From positions 224,001-288,000 of the forward strand of contig CAXXFK010000020.1 of the NCBI GenBank assembly GCA_963663965.2: a stretch of 64,000 nt of DNA. Reading direction: 5' to 3'. The notes under the pieces are model-generated. The model was not told where the DNA came from. It ran no database searches and saw only the letters and a list, made by a program, of their open reading frames with translations. Shown here one piece after another: positions 54,774 to 64,000 of the stretch. This DNA is from Sedimentisphaerales bacterium (lineage in GTDB: Bacteria > Planctomycetota > Phycisphaerae > Sedimentisphaerales > SM23-30). The translations under genes and the position numbers were made by a program. The first letter of the stretch is position 1. Every line of letters begins with the position of its first letter.

Positions 54774-57074
54774 TTAATGGCAAGGTTCAATAGAAAGAAT
54801 CTCGATAATCCCCTCAAATTGTTTTTGCGGAAACGTCTTTTGCCAGGCATAAACAGTATTGACCTTCAGTGGCACCGGCCGTGTTACACGCGTATCCGGC
54901 AGGTTTAGCGGCAAACCGATCTGCTCAAAGTCCTGGCCCTGACCCGGATCGAGAATAGTTAAATTGCCAAACAGCCCATCGATATCAGCCGTAGTCCCTT
55001 GCCAGTCACCGATTCGAAATATCGGTATCGACAAATCCTCCCAGAGATCATCCGCCCGCCAGGTCGCGCTGGTTTCGACAGCGCCCATACATGACCGCAC
55101 TTCCCCGGTTTCGTGATGATAGAATCGGTACCGAAAACGTACCGTTTGCATTTTATAAGCTGCAATCGTAACCGTCTGGCTCCGGCCCGCCGCCACCTCA
55201 ACATCCCGACGGTTGCACTGATACCAACCCGGCCGCCCCACGCTCAACTGATAGGTGCCCGCGGCAATATCACGGAAGACACAGCCCGATGATTCATCCA
55301 GCGCTTCACTGGCCAGACCATGGTCAAGCGTAACCAAACTGCCTTCTGCCGATAGCCCTTTTTCAAGGGTTACCTGAATCTTCAAACTGCCTTTCTGCTG
55401 CGACGAAATGGTTCGGATATAGATATCACCCAGGTCGCTGACCCGATCCTGAATCATATCAAAATCGATTCTGACCGGATAATGATACAAGCTTTTAATA
55501 GCAACATACCCCGGCTTTACAGAATCACGCATCGAAGCGATCCGATCCTGCAAAACAACCAGATCGCCACTGTTTATCAAACCACCAGTCGGACGCCCAT
55601 CCCTGTCAACAGGATCAAAGCTGCTTTCCAGACGAATTCGCTTTTCAAGATCTTCATCTTCCAGAAAAACCCGGCATACCGCCATCCCTTTTTGAGTCAA
55701 TCCCATCGACGGCCCCAACCGACCGAATTCATCAGGCCGCTGGAAGTTTTTAGCGTTATCCGTCGATTTATCAATGACATAGGTAGCCTGTGTTACCAGG
55801 CTTTTGCCCGCAAGCGTAGTTTGAATAATTTGATTAAAAGTATCGATCTTGGCCTGCTGTGTTTTAACCACATCAGATTGGCCGAAGTCTTTCAGCAGCT
55901 GTTCCATTTTGAACCGGGCCCGAATCATATCAGCCTGAGACACCGACCGGCTGAGACACTCAAAACAGGCCTGCGCCTGCCGATCATCACTTGTTTGTGT
56001 CGTCACCGGAGAATTGATCACCTGTCGGCTATCAGGTGCTTGAGTTTTCAATTGCTGACCATTCGGAGAACTACCTTTCTGCACCAGGACGATTATTAAC
56101 CACAATACCGCCACTAGCCCGATACCGGTATAAACCACCCGCTTGACCGTCTGCCTTTTAACAGGTTGCTTTGTGGTGGTCTCAACGGGAGCTTTTTCAG
56201 GCAACGCCATTCCCAATTCCCCCGCCAACGTATCAGCCAGCGCCCGGACCGATGGAAACCTCTGGTCCGGATCGCGCTGCAATGCGGTTAGAATAATGGT
56301 ATTCAGCGATTGAGACATTCGCGCATCACGCTGGATGGGAGGAACAATTTTCCCTTCGACAATGGCTTGCAGGCTCTGATAAAAACCATCAGCAGGCAGA
56401 TAGGGGCTGTGGCCCGTCAACAGCCGATAGAGTATCACGCCGATACTATAAATATCGCTGCGAAAATCGATAACATCATGTTTCCCCTCAGCCTGCTCCG
56501 GCGACATATAACCCAGAGTCCCGGATATCTCGCCCGCAATCGATACCGACACGCCAAACGTATCATCCTTCACCGCCTGCCGGGCCAGTCCAAAATCAAC
56601 AATATGCGGCTCCCCATCTGCGGTCATCAGGATATTCGAAGGCTTCAGGTCTCGGTGAACAATCCCGGCCTGATGAGCATAAGCAACAGCCTGACATATT
56701 TTGATAACCAAAGCCAGTATCTGGTTACTGGACAGCTGGTTTTGCGTAACATATTGATCCAGGTGGATTCCCTCAACCAGTTCCATCACATAATAAAGCC
56801 GGCCATGATAAAGACCGCTATCGTAAACATGAACAATATTGGAATGATTCAACCGGGCCGCCAACATGATTTCACGTCGGAACCGTTCGACTGATTTTTG
56901 CGATATTAGTTGATCCGTCTTCAAAAACTTGACCGCAACTTCGCGGTTCGTACTTAACTGGATCGCTTTCCAGGTAGCCCCCATTCCTCCCGAGCCCATA
57001 AAGCGCACAAACTTAAATCCCTCCACCACCGGAAAAGAATCCCCAAAGATATCTCTTGTTTCATCATTGGCCAT
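54774..57074 (-). CDS. Membrane-anchored Hanks-type Ser/Thr kinase with extracytoplasmic domain
   Basis: GSGGMG, VAVK, HRDLKPSN, DFGLA, GTLGYMSPEQ, DIYSIG; TM helix; C-terminal beta-rich domain. Confidence 0.92.
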   Translation of the reverse strand: MANDETRDIFGDSFPVVEGFKFVRFMGSGGMGATWKAIQLSTNREVAVKFLKTDQLISQKSVERFRREIMLAARLNHSNIVHVYDSGLYHGRLYYVMELVEGIHLDQYVTQNQLSSNQILALVIKICQAVAYAHQAGIVHRDLKPSNILMTADGEPHIVDFGLARQAVKDDTFGVSVSIAGEISGTLGYMSPEQAEGKHDVIDFRSDIYSIGVILYRLLTGHSPYLPADGFYQSLQAIVEGKIVPPIQRDARMSQSLNTIILTALQRDPDQRFPSVRALADTLAGELGMALPEKAPVETTTKQPVKRQTVKRVVYTGIGLVAVLWLIIVLVQKGSSPNGQQLKTQAPDSRQVINSPVTTQTSDDRQAQACFECLSRSVSQADMIRARFKMEQLLKDFGQSDVVKTQQAKIDTFNQIIQTTLAGKSLVTQATYVIDKSTDNAKNFQRPDEFGRLGPSMGLTQKGMAVCRVFLEDEDLEKRIRLESSFDPVDRDGRPTGGLINSGDLVVLQDRIASMRDSVKPGYVAIKSLYHYPVRIDFDMIQDRVSDLGDIYIRTISSQQKGSLKIQVTLEKGLSAEGSLVTLDHGLASEALDESSGCVFRDIAAGTYQLSVGRPGWYQCNRRDVEVAAGRSQTVTIAAYKMQTVRFRYRFYHHETGEVRSCMGAVETSATWRADDLWEDLSIPIFRIGDWQGTTADIDGLFGNLTILDPGQGQDFEQIGLPLNLPDTRVTRPVPLKVNTVYAWQKTFPQKQFEGIIEILSIEPCH

Positions 57075-57588
57075 CGGACACTCGCTTCCGGCAGTATTGA
57101 CCGGCCTGACAGAGCAGATCACGCAGTTCAGACCGAATCCAGGATTTCCCCGCGAGCCGGTCAAATTTTTCTCTTAACTCCTGATAGGACAACCGGGAAA
57201 GCTTGTTTTGATGACTGACCAGCGCGCGGGCGATCCCGCAATAATTAATCAAACTGCCAATTTCACGTAAATTGGCTGACTGCGCGTGCAGGGCCTGTTC
57301 CTTGCCGAATTCTTTAATCCGTTTCAATATATTCAGGTCAGTGTTGTCATCGATCAGAAAATCCAGTACGTTACGGTCATTAATGATTCCAACATGTTCG
57401 CAGGCATGCCGGATGATCTCCGGCAAAAACGCCAGCTGCTCCCGATCCGGCGGCAGTTCATTGAAAAGCACCCGGCTTAATGTCTCTTCTTTATCAGGCG
57501 GTGAATCCTCCGGCAGGTCACGCCCTAGCATCAAAAGCTGCCTGAGACTTTCCGGGGTCCATTGAATAGGTTGTTTTCTTTCGTCCAT
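57064..57588 (-). CDS. Hypothetical helical protein between ECF sigma and kinase
   Basis: 174-aa ORF, co-oriented, overlapping the kinase start. Confidence 0.75.
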   Translation of the reverse strand: MDERKQPIQWTPESLRQLLMLGRDLPEDSPPDKEETLSRVLFNELPPDREQLAFLPEIIRHACEHVGIINDRNVLDFLIDDNTDLNILKRIKEFGKEQALHAQSANLREIGSLINYCGIARALVSHQNKLSRLSYQELREKFDRLAGKSWIRSELRDLLCQAGQYCRKRVSDGQ

Positions 57589-57621
57589 TATATTAATAGG
57601 ATTTATGTGTGCGTCGGCATA

Positions 57622-58371
57622 TTAGCTTTCCAGGCTGGCTAGCAACATATTAAATTCGTCATCAATTTCGGCTGGTTGATTGTCATCCATACCAAGATGT
57701 TCCATTAGAAATCGTCGAAATGTCCGCTTAACGGTTACCACCATATTGGAAGCCTGCGATTCACTGGCAATTTTTAAAGACATACACAGGGTTTTCAACG
57801 CCGGTGGTTTTGATTGTGTTTGAATCGGCTTAAGAATGCGTTCATTAAACAGGGTCCAGTAAAGCTCGCGCCCGGTTTGAATGCAATACTGCCGGGTTTG
57901 GTCTATTGTACGCTCGATGATCTCCACAGCCCATTGATAGTGAAATACCTTGTCAGGATCTGCCTGATCGAACGCGCAAGGCAGTTGACCTGGCTCCAAT
58001 AAGTCCAGGTCAACCTGCTGTCCGGCCGGACACCGGAATTTTGCATTTCTTTTTCGATAGTCATCCGCTAGAAAACATTTAAGAGCATGAAGCAAAAACG
58101 TACGAAATCGGCCTTTACTTTGGTCGGCCCGTTTGAATAAATCGCGATTAAGAACCACTTCCGCGATAAATCCCTGGGTCAGATCAGAAGCCTCATCGTG
58201 ACGATGCCCCTGCTGGCGAATGAACCGGTATATCGGTTTCCAGTACCGTTCCAGTAACCGGTCCATGACGATCTTCTTTTTTTCAGTATCACTGGCCTGG
58301 GCCAGAACAATCTCAGACCAGCGGGTCGTCTGAAACAGTCCCGGCCGGGTATTGTCACTATCTTTCTGCAT
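57622..58371 (-). CDS. ECF-type RNA polymerase sigma factor (kinase-associated planctomycete type)
   Basis: FQTTRWS, L..YWKPIY.FIR..G....A.DLTQGF, KGRFRTFL region 2, and a region-4-like C-terminus. Confidence 0.85.
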   Translation of the reverse strand: MQKDSDNTRPGLFQTTRWSEIVLAQASDTEKKKIVMDRLLERYWKPIYRFIRQQGHRHDEASDLTQGFIAEVVLNRDLFKRADQSKGRFRTFLLHALKCFLADDYRKRNAKFRCPAGQQVDLDLLEPGQLPCAFDQADPDKVFHYQWAVEIIERTIDQTRQYCIQTGRELYWTLFNERILKPIQTQSKPPALKTLCMSLKIASESQASNMVVTVKRTFRRFLMEHLGMDDNQPAEIDDEFNMLLASLES

Positions 58372-58439
58372 TCAAGACGTTTTCCGGGCTTGTCATATTC
58401 ACGTTTTAAACCTGTAGGATAGTGACCATTAAAATTTAA

Positions 58440-59291
58440 TCAGCAGGTTTTGTCAAGAATTACTCCGGTCCGACGATCAGCCCCCTTTTTTCCTGTAATC
58501 CACCATGCCCCCAACGCCAGCAAACTCAACGTCGCCGGTTCAGGTATCGGTCGCAGTTGCAGCGTAGCGGTCTCATCCCAGAAATGCAATTCATTATCCA
58601 AAACACTGCCGTCAGCCAGTGTGCCGGTAATTTCCTGCCAGAAATCGCTAAAATGATAATCACCGTAATCATACGACTTGCCATCAATGCGAAAATCGCT
58701 GCCTACCAGCGTCAGCACACTATTGTCCGCGGCATAAAAACTGTCTTTAATCTGACCGCCCATCATCGTGAAATGGCTATTCGCTTCGATTCTCAGGTCA
58801 TCCCCCAGCGTACCGCCAGTCATAATGATACGGCTGGAATCACGACCGTAAAATCCCTGAACAACAGTACCGCCACTGATTTCTACGGCGCTATTCTGAT
58901 AGGCACGAAATGGACCATCAAGAGTACCTCCCTGAAAGGTCACCTGACTGGCATCCCTGGCATCCAGCCAGAATCCAATCAGCCCGCCTGAAATATCAAC
59001 CTGGCTATAGCCATTAGCTTCGACGCTGGCTTCCACTACGCCGCCACTCATCTTTACTTGACTATAATGATGCGCCTCGAGCCACATTCCTATCGACCCA
59101 CCCGGCCGGATTTCAACCATGCTCCCCGGCCCGGTCACATTATTCGTATCAATAAACAAAACTCCCGAGACCGGATTGGAGGCGTTAAAAATATGGACCT
59201 TGCCATCATCGATATAAGTGGAGGCCGATAATAGGCTTAGCATCGAGAATAACATAATTGCCGCGACGAGGAGAATCAGTGACTTTTTCAT
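58440..59291 (-). CDS. PEP-CTERM protein with GG-containing solenoid repeats
   Basis: Signal peptide, repeated S.V.(I/M).GG units, ITGTLADG, IPEPATLSLLALG plus basic tail. Confidence 0.88.
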   Translation of the reverse strand: MKKSLILLVAAIMLFSMLSLLSASTYIDDGKVHIFNASNPVSGVLFIDTNNVTGPGSMVEIRPGGSIGMWLEAHHYSQVKMSGGVVEASVEANGYSQVDISGGLIGFWLDARDASQVTFQGGTLDGPFRAYQNSAVEISGGTVVQGFYGRDSSRIIMTGGTLGDDLRIEANSHFTMMGGQIKDSFYAADNSVLTLVGSDFRIDGKSYDYGDYHFSDFWQEITGTLADGSVLDNELHFWDETATLQLRPIPEPATLSLLALGAWWITGKKGADRRTGVILDKTC

Positions 59292-59533
59292 AATCTTTCC
59301 TTTCTGGTATCGATTTTAGATAAACACATCCAGCCTGATAACAACACCAGGCGCCTGATTCACCGATACCTCCGCAAGATTTAGTAATATCTTGCGCGGA
59401 AAAATTGGAAAAAATCACATTTCTTTTTTTATGCCGACTAATATCATCTGATTAAGAAAATCCCGATAAATCAAGGGGCGATTTTCGACTATTAACAAAT
59501 GGAAAAATTTAATCTGCTCCCTATCTGCTCATA

Positions 59534-62434
59534 TCATTTAACCTGAAATTCCTGATAAGCAGTATTTTCTTGTGCCTCAGTTACTGGCGACACGTTCCAT
59601 TCTAACCAGCGATAACACCCCAGTGAAGAACCATCGCTGGTTTTTATCCTGCTTACTGTAAACAGGCCATCTGAATAGCCCGCCGTTTCGACCGTTGCCA
59701 GTGGAATCCGAATCCGCTTTGTTCCGGGTGTACTCGAATTGCCCGGATCAACCCCAAACAAGCTAAAACACTGCCGGCCGCGATTCCCATTCTGGTTAAA
59801 GGACCAGGTGGATATCTGTTTCATCTCCACCTCATGGCCCAGGTCAATTTCATAAACGCCGGATTCTACCCCATTGCGAAAGACCGGGCCATAATTGCGC
59901 GCCAGCCGGCCATCACTGAGTACCGATAACGGCTCGTTGGCTGTATCAGGAGTGCTTTTTACCGCTTTAAATGGGAGCGTATCTGCAACGGACAGGATGT
60001 CGGCCATCTCTTTATTCTCTTTGTCATCAAAATTTAACATAGTGACATAAATATAACGATCCATTGCCAGCGCCCGACTTTGTTGCCCGCGCACATAGTT
60101 TATCTGCAACGAACGACCCGCGGCCCGATTGGTAGCAGCATAAAGTTCCATTACAGTTTTTACTGCCTGGCCGTTAACCGCCTGGATCAGATCTCCCTTT
60201 TGGAAACCACACCTGGCCGCAAACAAACCGGAAGGTACTTCTTTTAAATGTACTCCGCCATCTTCTTTATTGACGCCAAATGCCGAAAAGGCCTCGCCGG
60301 TAATCGCCTCTACACTCGCTCCCTGCCAGTAAAACGCCGGCCCATCCTCGTGTTCCAGTGCCTGCGATTCCTGCCACCGCAATCGGGGTAACTCAGGGGT
60401 TCGGGCCAGTGCGCGTAAAGCTGGTTTCATAACACCAAACTGGTCCATGGCAAAATTTTGAAAACCCAGTTTCAGCGCCGGTGAATCCTTTTGCACCCGG
60501 TAATCGCCCTTGGCCGGATTGATAAAGCCCGGATCGCCAACTACTGAATGGCTATCCCAGCCATATTGTTGAGCTTTCTTCAACGCGGTCTCGCTGGTGA
60601 ACAAGTTATAGTCATTTTGAATCCCCCATTTGCCTTTCGGCATCGAAATCGGATTGGGATACGCCTCCGTCCAGATATTACGGTTCAATATATCCATGCT
60701 CTGGGGATACCAGACATGCGCGTGCAGTGAACAGTTGATCCCGATATTGTTCCAGACCCGGCGATGGAATCCCTCACGCAGCTTCAACCCACCGTGTAGA
60801 AAAACGTTGTTATAAATTTCATAATTCGAAGAACCATCATCCAGATCCACATCCCAACCATGATCGCAGCGCCAGCGGCTGTTCCGAATGGTATTGGTGG
60901 CCACATCCAACAGCGCCAGACCGGCCAGTTCATCAGCCGGGGCATCCTTCAATCCCCAAAAACGGTCACGACCCCAGGAATTAAAACTACCATGATCCCC
61001 GGTTTCGCGAACCGTATCAAATACATCGCAAGAGTCAATCAAATGCCCGCCAAAGGTCCCTTCACTGATATTGATCCCGGCCCGTCCCACATCATAAATC
61101 GAACAATGCCGCACGGTAATACGGCTGGACATGGAGATCTGTACCCCGGTGGCCTGTTTCTCCATTACACTCACGTTGTGGATCAGGCAGTCATCCACCT
61201 GGCAATCCGCCGGATAATGATCCGTCTGGGGCCCGGGCCGCAGGTCGATCTCATCATAACGCTGCCGCTGGTTATATTCAAACAGTGGATTGCGGACAGA
61301 ATCCGGATTGCCCACAAAACAGACGCCGCTGGCGCCGCAGCCATGGATATGACAGCCCCGCACGATAATCCGCCGGTTATAATTACTGACAAAAACCGCG
61401 TTGCCGCCCAGCTGATCAAATTCACAATCGCTGATAATACAATCTTCAGCACCATCCAGCAGAACCCCGCCCCCTCGATAAATCGTCCAGTCACTGCGCA
61501 ACAGGGGTTCCCGGGTATCCATAAAGGTCCGGGCCGCGTGCCGAAAAACAAAACCTGTCAAAGTAATGTGATGCACCGGCCGGTCGAGACTCCCCCGAAA
61601 CTCCACCAGATGTCGCAAGCGCACCACCTCAAAAGTGGCGGACGCAATTTCTTGCCCCGGCGCAGGCCAGTAATATAACGTCCCGGTACGTGCGTTATAA
61701 TACCATTCGCCCGGCGCATCCAGTTCTTCGAAAATATTCTCGACAAAACGGTCCTTCGGATGCATACCCATCTGCCGATTGTTCTGCCAGCCCCCTTCAT
61801 AGCTCACTTCATTTTGTGCGTTTTTACCCGTAATGCGATAATGATAGCCGCCCCAGTGCGCCCGGTGCATCGCGTGGATATAGCCGCCGGTTGGATCAGA
61901 CCAGCGGGCCGCACGTTCCGGACTGAAGGCATCCGCAGCCGCGCCGTTATAAGGCCGGGCCTCAGGATCATAATTCGGATACCGCGCCATCGGCTGACGC
62001 TGGCCATTGACAAAAAGCTGATCGATTTCAAATTTGTCAGTTTGGCTCAATACCGCCGGGACCTGAGCCTGCATGATCCCTTCGCGATACAGTTTCCAAT
62101 TGAGCGTCAGCCTCATTCCACCGCTGATCACTGCACCGCCCTCCTGCTCCGCACGATACACCACTGGCGCCGACTCGGTACCACTATCTTCCGGCCCAAA
62201 CACCAGCGGCTCATCCAGATAATACACCCCATTCTTAACCATTACACGTATCGGCTCATCCCCACGCGCGGCCAGCTCCCGCACTGCCCGCTGAGCCCGT
62301 TGCAAAGTGGCAAACGGCCGCGCTGCACTGCCCGGATTCCCATCATCACCATCTGGCCCAACCACGTACTCATACCCCGATGCACTCGACCACGCCATTG
62401 CTAATATCAGACACATCGCAATCGCTCTCATCAT
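59534..62434 (-). CDS. Secreted right-handed beta-helix glycoside hydrolase (GH141-like) with PDZ and C-terminal domain
   Basis: G.D.NPGS...PFATL.RA, GVYYL.EPL, LFVNG.R..MARYPN, ENIFEELDAPGEWY, DLDDGSSNY; PDZ-like A..GFQKGDLIQAVNG. Confidence 0.75.
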   Translation of the reverse strand: MMRAIAMCLILAMAWSSASGYEYVVGPDGDDGNPGSAARPFATLQRAQRAVRELAARGDEPIRVMVKNGVYYLDEPLVFGPEDSGTESAPVVYRAEQEGGAVISGGMRLTLNWKLYREGIMQAQVPAVLSQTDKFEIDQLFVNGQRQPMARYPNYDPEARPYNGAAADAFSPERAARWSDPTGGYIHAMHRAHWGGYHYRITGKNAQNEVSYEGGWQNNRQMGMHPKDRFVENIFEELDAPGEWYYNARTGTLYYWPAPGQEIASATFEVVRLRHLVEFRGSLDRPVHHITLTGFVFRHAARTFMDTREPLLRSDWTIYRGGGVLLDGAEDCIISDCEFDQLGGNAVFVSNYNRRIIVRGCHIHGCGASGVCFVGNPDSVRNPLFEYNQRQRYDEIDLRPGPQTDHYPADCQVDDCLIHNVSVMEKQATGVQISMSSRITVRHCSIYDVGRAGINISEGTFGGHLIDSCDVFDTVRETGDHGSFNSWGRDRFWGLKDAPADELAGLALLDVATNTIRNSRWRCDHGWDVDLDDGSSNYEIYNNVFLHGGLKLREGFHRRVWNNIGINCSLHAHVWYPQSMDILNRNIWTEAYPNPISMPKGKWGIQNDYNLFTSETALKKAQQYGWDSHSVVGDPGFINPAKGDYRVQKDSPALKLGFQNFAMDQFGVMKPALRALARTPELPRLRWQESQALEHEDGPAFYWQGASVEAITGEAFSAFGVNKEDGGVHLKEVPSGLFAARCGFQKGDLIQAVNGQAVKTVMELYAATNRAAGRSLQINYVRGQQSRALAMDRYIYVTMLNFDDKENKEMADILSVADTLPFKAVKSTPDTANEPLSVLSDGRLARNYGPVFRNGVESGVYEIDLGHEVEMKQISTWSFNQNGNRGRQCFSLFGVDPGNSSTPGTKRIRIPLATVETAGYSDGLFTVSRIKTSDGSSLGCYRWLEWNVSPVTEAQENTAYQEFQVK

Positions 62435-62490
62435 ATCTCCAGAATTTTGATTTTTGATCTCAAGAGATTCCCACTGTAATCAGCCTCCCT

Positions 62491-63873
62491 CTACCCCGGT
62501 TGCACCATCTTATCCGGCTGGACCCACTGGTCAAATTCTTCCGCGGTCACATGCCCCAGTTCCAGCGCCGCCTCGCGCAGGGTACTGTTCTCACGCCAGG
62601 CCTTCAATGCGATTTCGGCAGCCTTATCATAACCAATACGCTTATTCAAAGCCGTTACCAGCATCAGTGAACGATTGAGCAGTTCGCGAATCCGCTGATG
62701 ATCCGGCTCGATCCCGATTACACACCGGTCATCAAACGATTTGATTCCTCCCGCCAACAGAATAATCGATTGCAGAATATTATACGCAAACAACGGCTTA
62801 TAAACATTCAGCTCAAAGTTGCCCAGCGCCCCGGCCATGCCGATGGCGGCATCATTGCCATAAACCTGGCAGGCAATCATACTCACCATCTCACACTGGG
62901 TTGGATTCACCTTGCCGGGCATGATCGAACTGCCCGGCTCATTTGCCGGCAGGATCAACTCACCCAGTCCACTGCGCGGCCCGCTGCCCAGCAACCGGAT
63001 ATCGTTGGATATCTTAAACAAAGCCGCTGCCAGCGTCTTCAGCGCCCCCGAAGTCGCCACAATCGCATCATGCGAGGCCATCAGCGCGAACTTGTTATCC
63101 GTCAATTGAAACGGCAATCCCGTAATCCGGCAGATCTCCTCAGCCATTTTCTTGTCGTAGCCCGGCGGTGTATTCAGCCCGGTCCCCACGGCTGTTCCGC
63201 CTATAGGCAGTTCATAGAGATGTTCCAGATTGCGGCTTACCGTTTCAGTTGCCTTGCGAATCTGGGCGGCATAACCACTGAACTCCTGCCCCAGGGTTAG
63301 CGGTGTTGCGTCCTGCAAATGTGTGCGGCCGATCTTGACAATCGATTTAAACATATTCGCTTTCAATTCCAGCGATGAATGCAATTCGCGCAACCGTGGT
63401 AGAAGATGTTCTACCAGCGCCGTCGCAGCTGCGATATGCATCGAAGTCGGAATCGTATCGTTCGTCGATTGCGACATATTGACATGATCATTCGGATGCA
63501 CCGGCGATTTTGTGCCCATCTCACCACCCAGGATCTGGATCGCCCGGTTGGCAATCACCTCGTTCATATTCATATTAAACTGGGTACCGCTGCCGCTCTG
63601 CCAGATGACCAGCGGAAAATGATCATGCAGCTTGCATCCGATCACCTCATCAGCCGCTTGAATAATCGCCTCGGCCAGATCCGGCGCCAGCAATCCCAAA
63701 TCACAATTCACCCGGGCCGCCGCCCGCTTCACCACTCCATGCGCCCGGATAAACTGAGCCGGAAAGCGTTCACTGCCAACCTTGAAATTTTCACGCGCCC
63801 GCTGGGTCTGGGCGCCGTAATAAACCTCATAGGGCACTTCCACCGGTCCAAAAGCGTCTTTTTCGAGTCGCAT
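62491..63873 (-). CDS. fumC: Class II fumarate hydratase
   Basis: [49 protein letters not shown] signature. Confidence 0.95.
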   Translation of the reverse strand: MRLEKDAFGPVEVPYEVYYGAQTQRARENFKVGSERFPAQFIRAHGVVKRAAARVNCDLGLLAPDLAEAIIQAADEVIGCKLHDHFPLVIWQSGSGTQFNMNMNEVIANRAIQILGGEMGTKSPVHPNDHVNMSQSTNDTIPTSMHIAAATALVEHLLPRLRELHSSLELKANMFKSIVKIGRTHLQDATPLTLGQEFSGYAAQIRKATETVSRNLEHLYELPIGGTAVGTGLNTPPGYDKKMAEEICRITGLPFQLTDNKFALMASHDAIVATSGALKTLAAALFKISNDIRLLGSGPRSGLGELILPANEPGSSIMPGKVNPTQCEMVSMIACQVYGNDAAIGMAGALGNFELNVYKPLFAYNILQSIILLAGGIKSFDDRCVIGIEPDHQRIRELLNRSLMLVTALNKRIGYDKAAEIALKAWRENSTLREAALELGHVTAEEFDQWVQPDKMVQPG

Positions 63874-64000
63874 GTAGTATCTCCTGAGAACTAAATGTCA
63901 TAATAACTTATATTTAAATCAGTTACAATCACTAGCATCCAGCCGTTCAGCCGGCACGTTAGCCCCATCAGTGTACCGATATTTCCCCTTCCCGGCAATA

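Overview
Bacterial chromosomal segment, most likely from a planctomycete (Phycisphaerae/Sedimentisphaerales-like). This is inferred from the PEP-CTERM proteins, C-terminal dockerin-like 'DxNxDGxVxxxDxxxxAxxWL' tags, TAT-exported sulfatases, DUF1080 and an ECF sigma/Ser-Thr kinase module. Secreted glycan-degrading enzymes dominate the window: GH129-like, GH29, GH16, two GH2, GH78, a GH141-like beta-helix, an SGNH esterase and two sulfatases. They are interleaved with housekeeping genes (putP, sppA, flgM, marC, fumC). Accessory modules are: an AbiEi/AbiEii type IV toxin-antitoxin pair with operator palindromes next to an AT-rich cluster of immunity-like genes; an IS630 element inserted in the last helix of putP; two copies of a ~200 bp structured MITE with TTA duplications; an orphan Rhs toxin-immunity cassette whose Rhs core carries an inserted dockerin/EF-hand-like pair; the four-gene ATP-grasp/alpha-E/Anbu/transglutaminase operon; and a PEP-CTERM/ECF sigma/unknown/kinase module. 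Nearly every gene between ~16.9 and ~42 kb (flgM is the exception) is broken by single-base frameshifts while the flanks are clean, which looks like a local consensus-quality problem rather than biology. No rRNA, tRNA or CRISPR array was seen. All family calls are from motif recognition by eye, not database searches.
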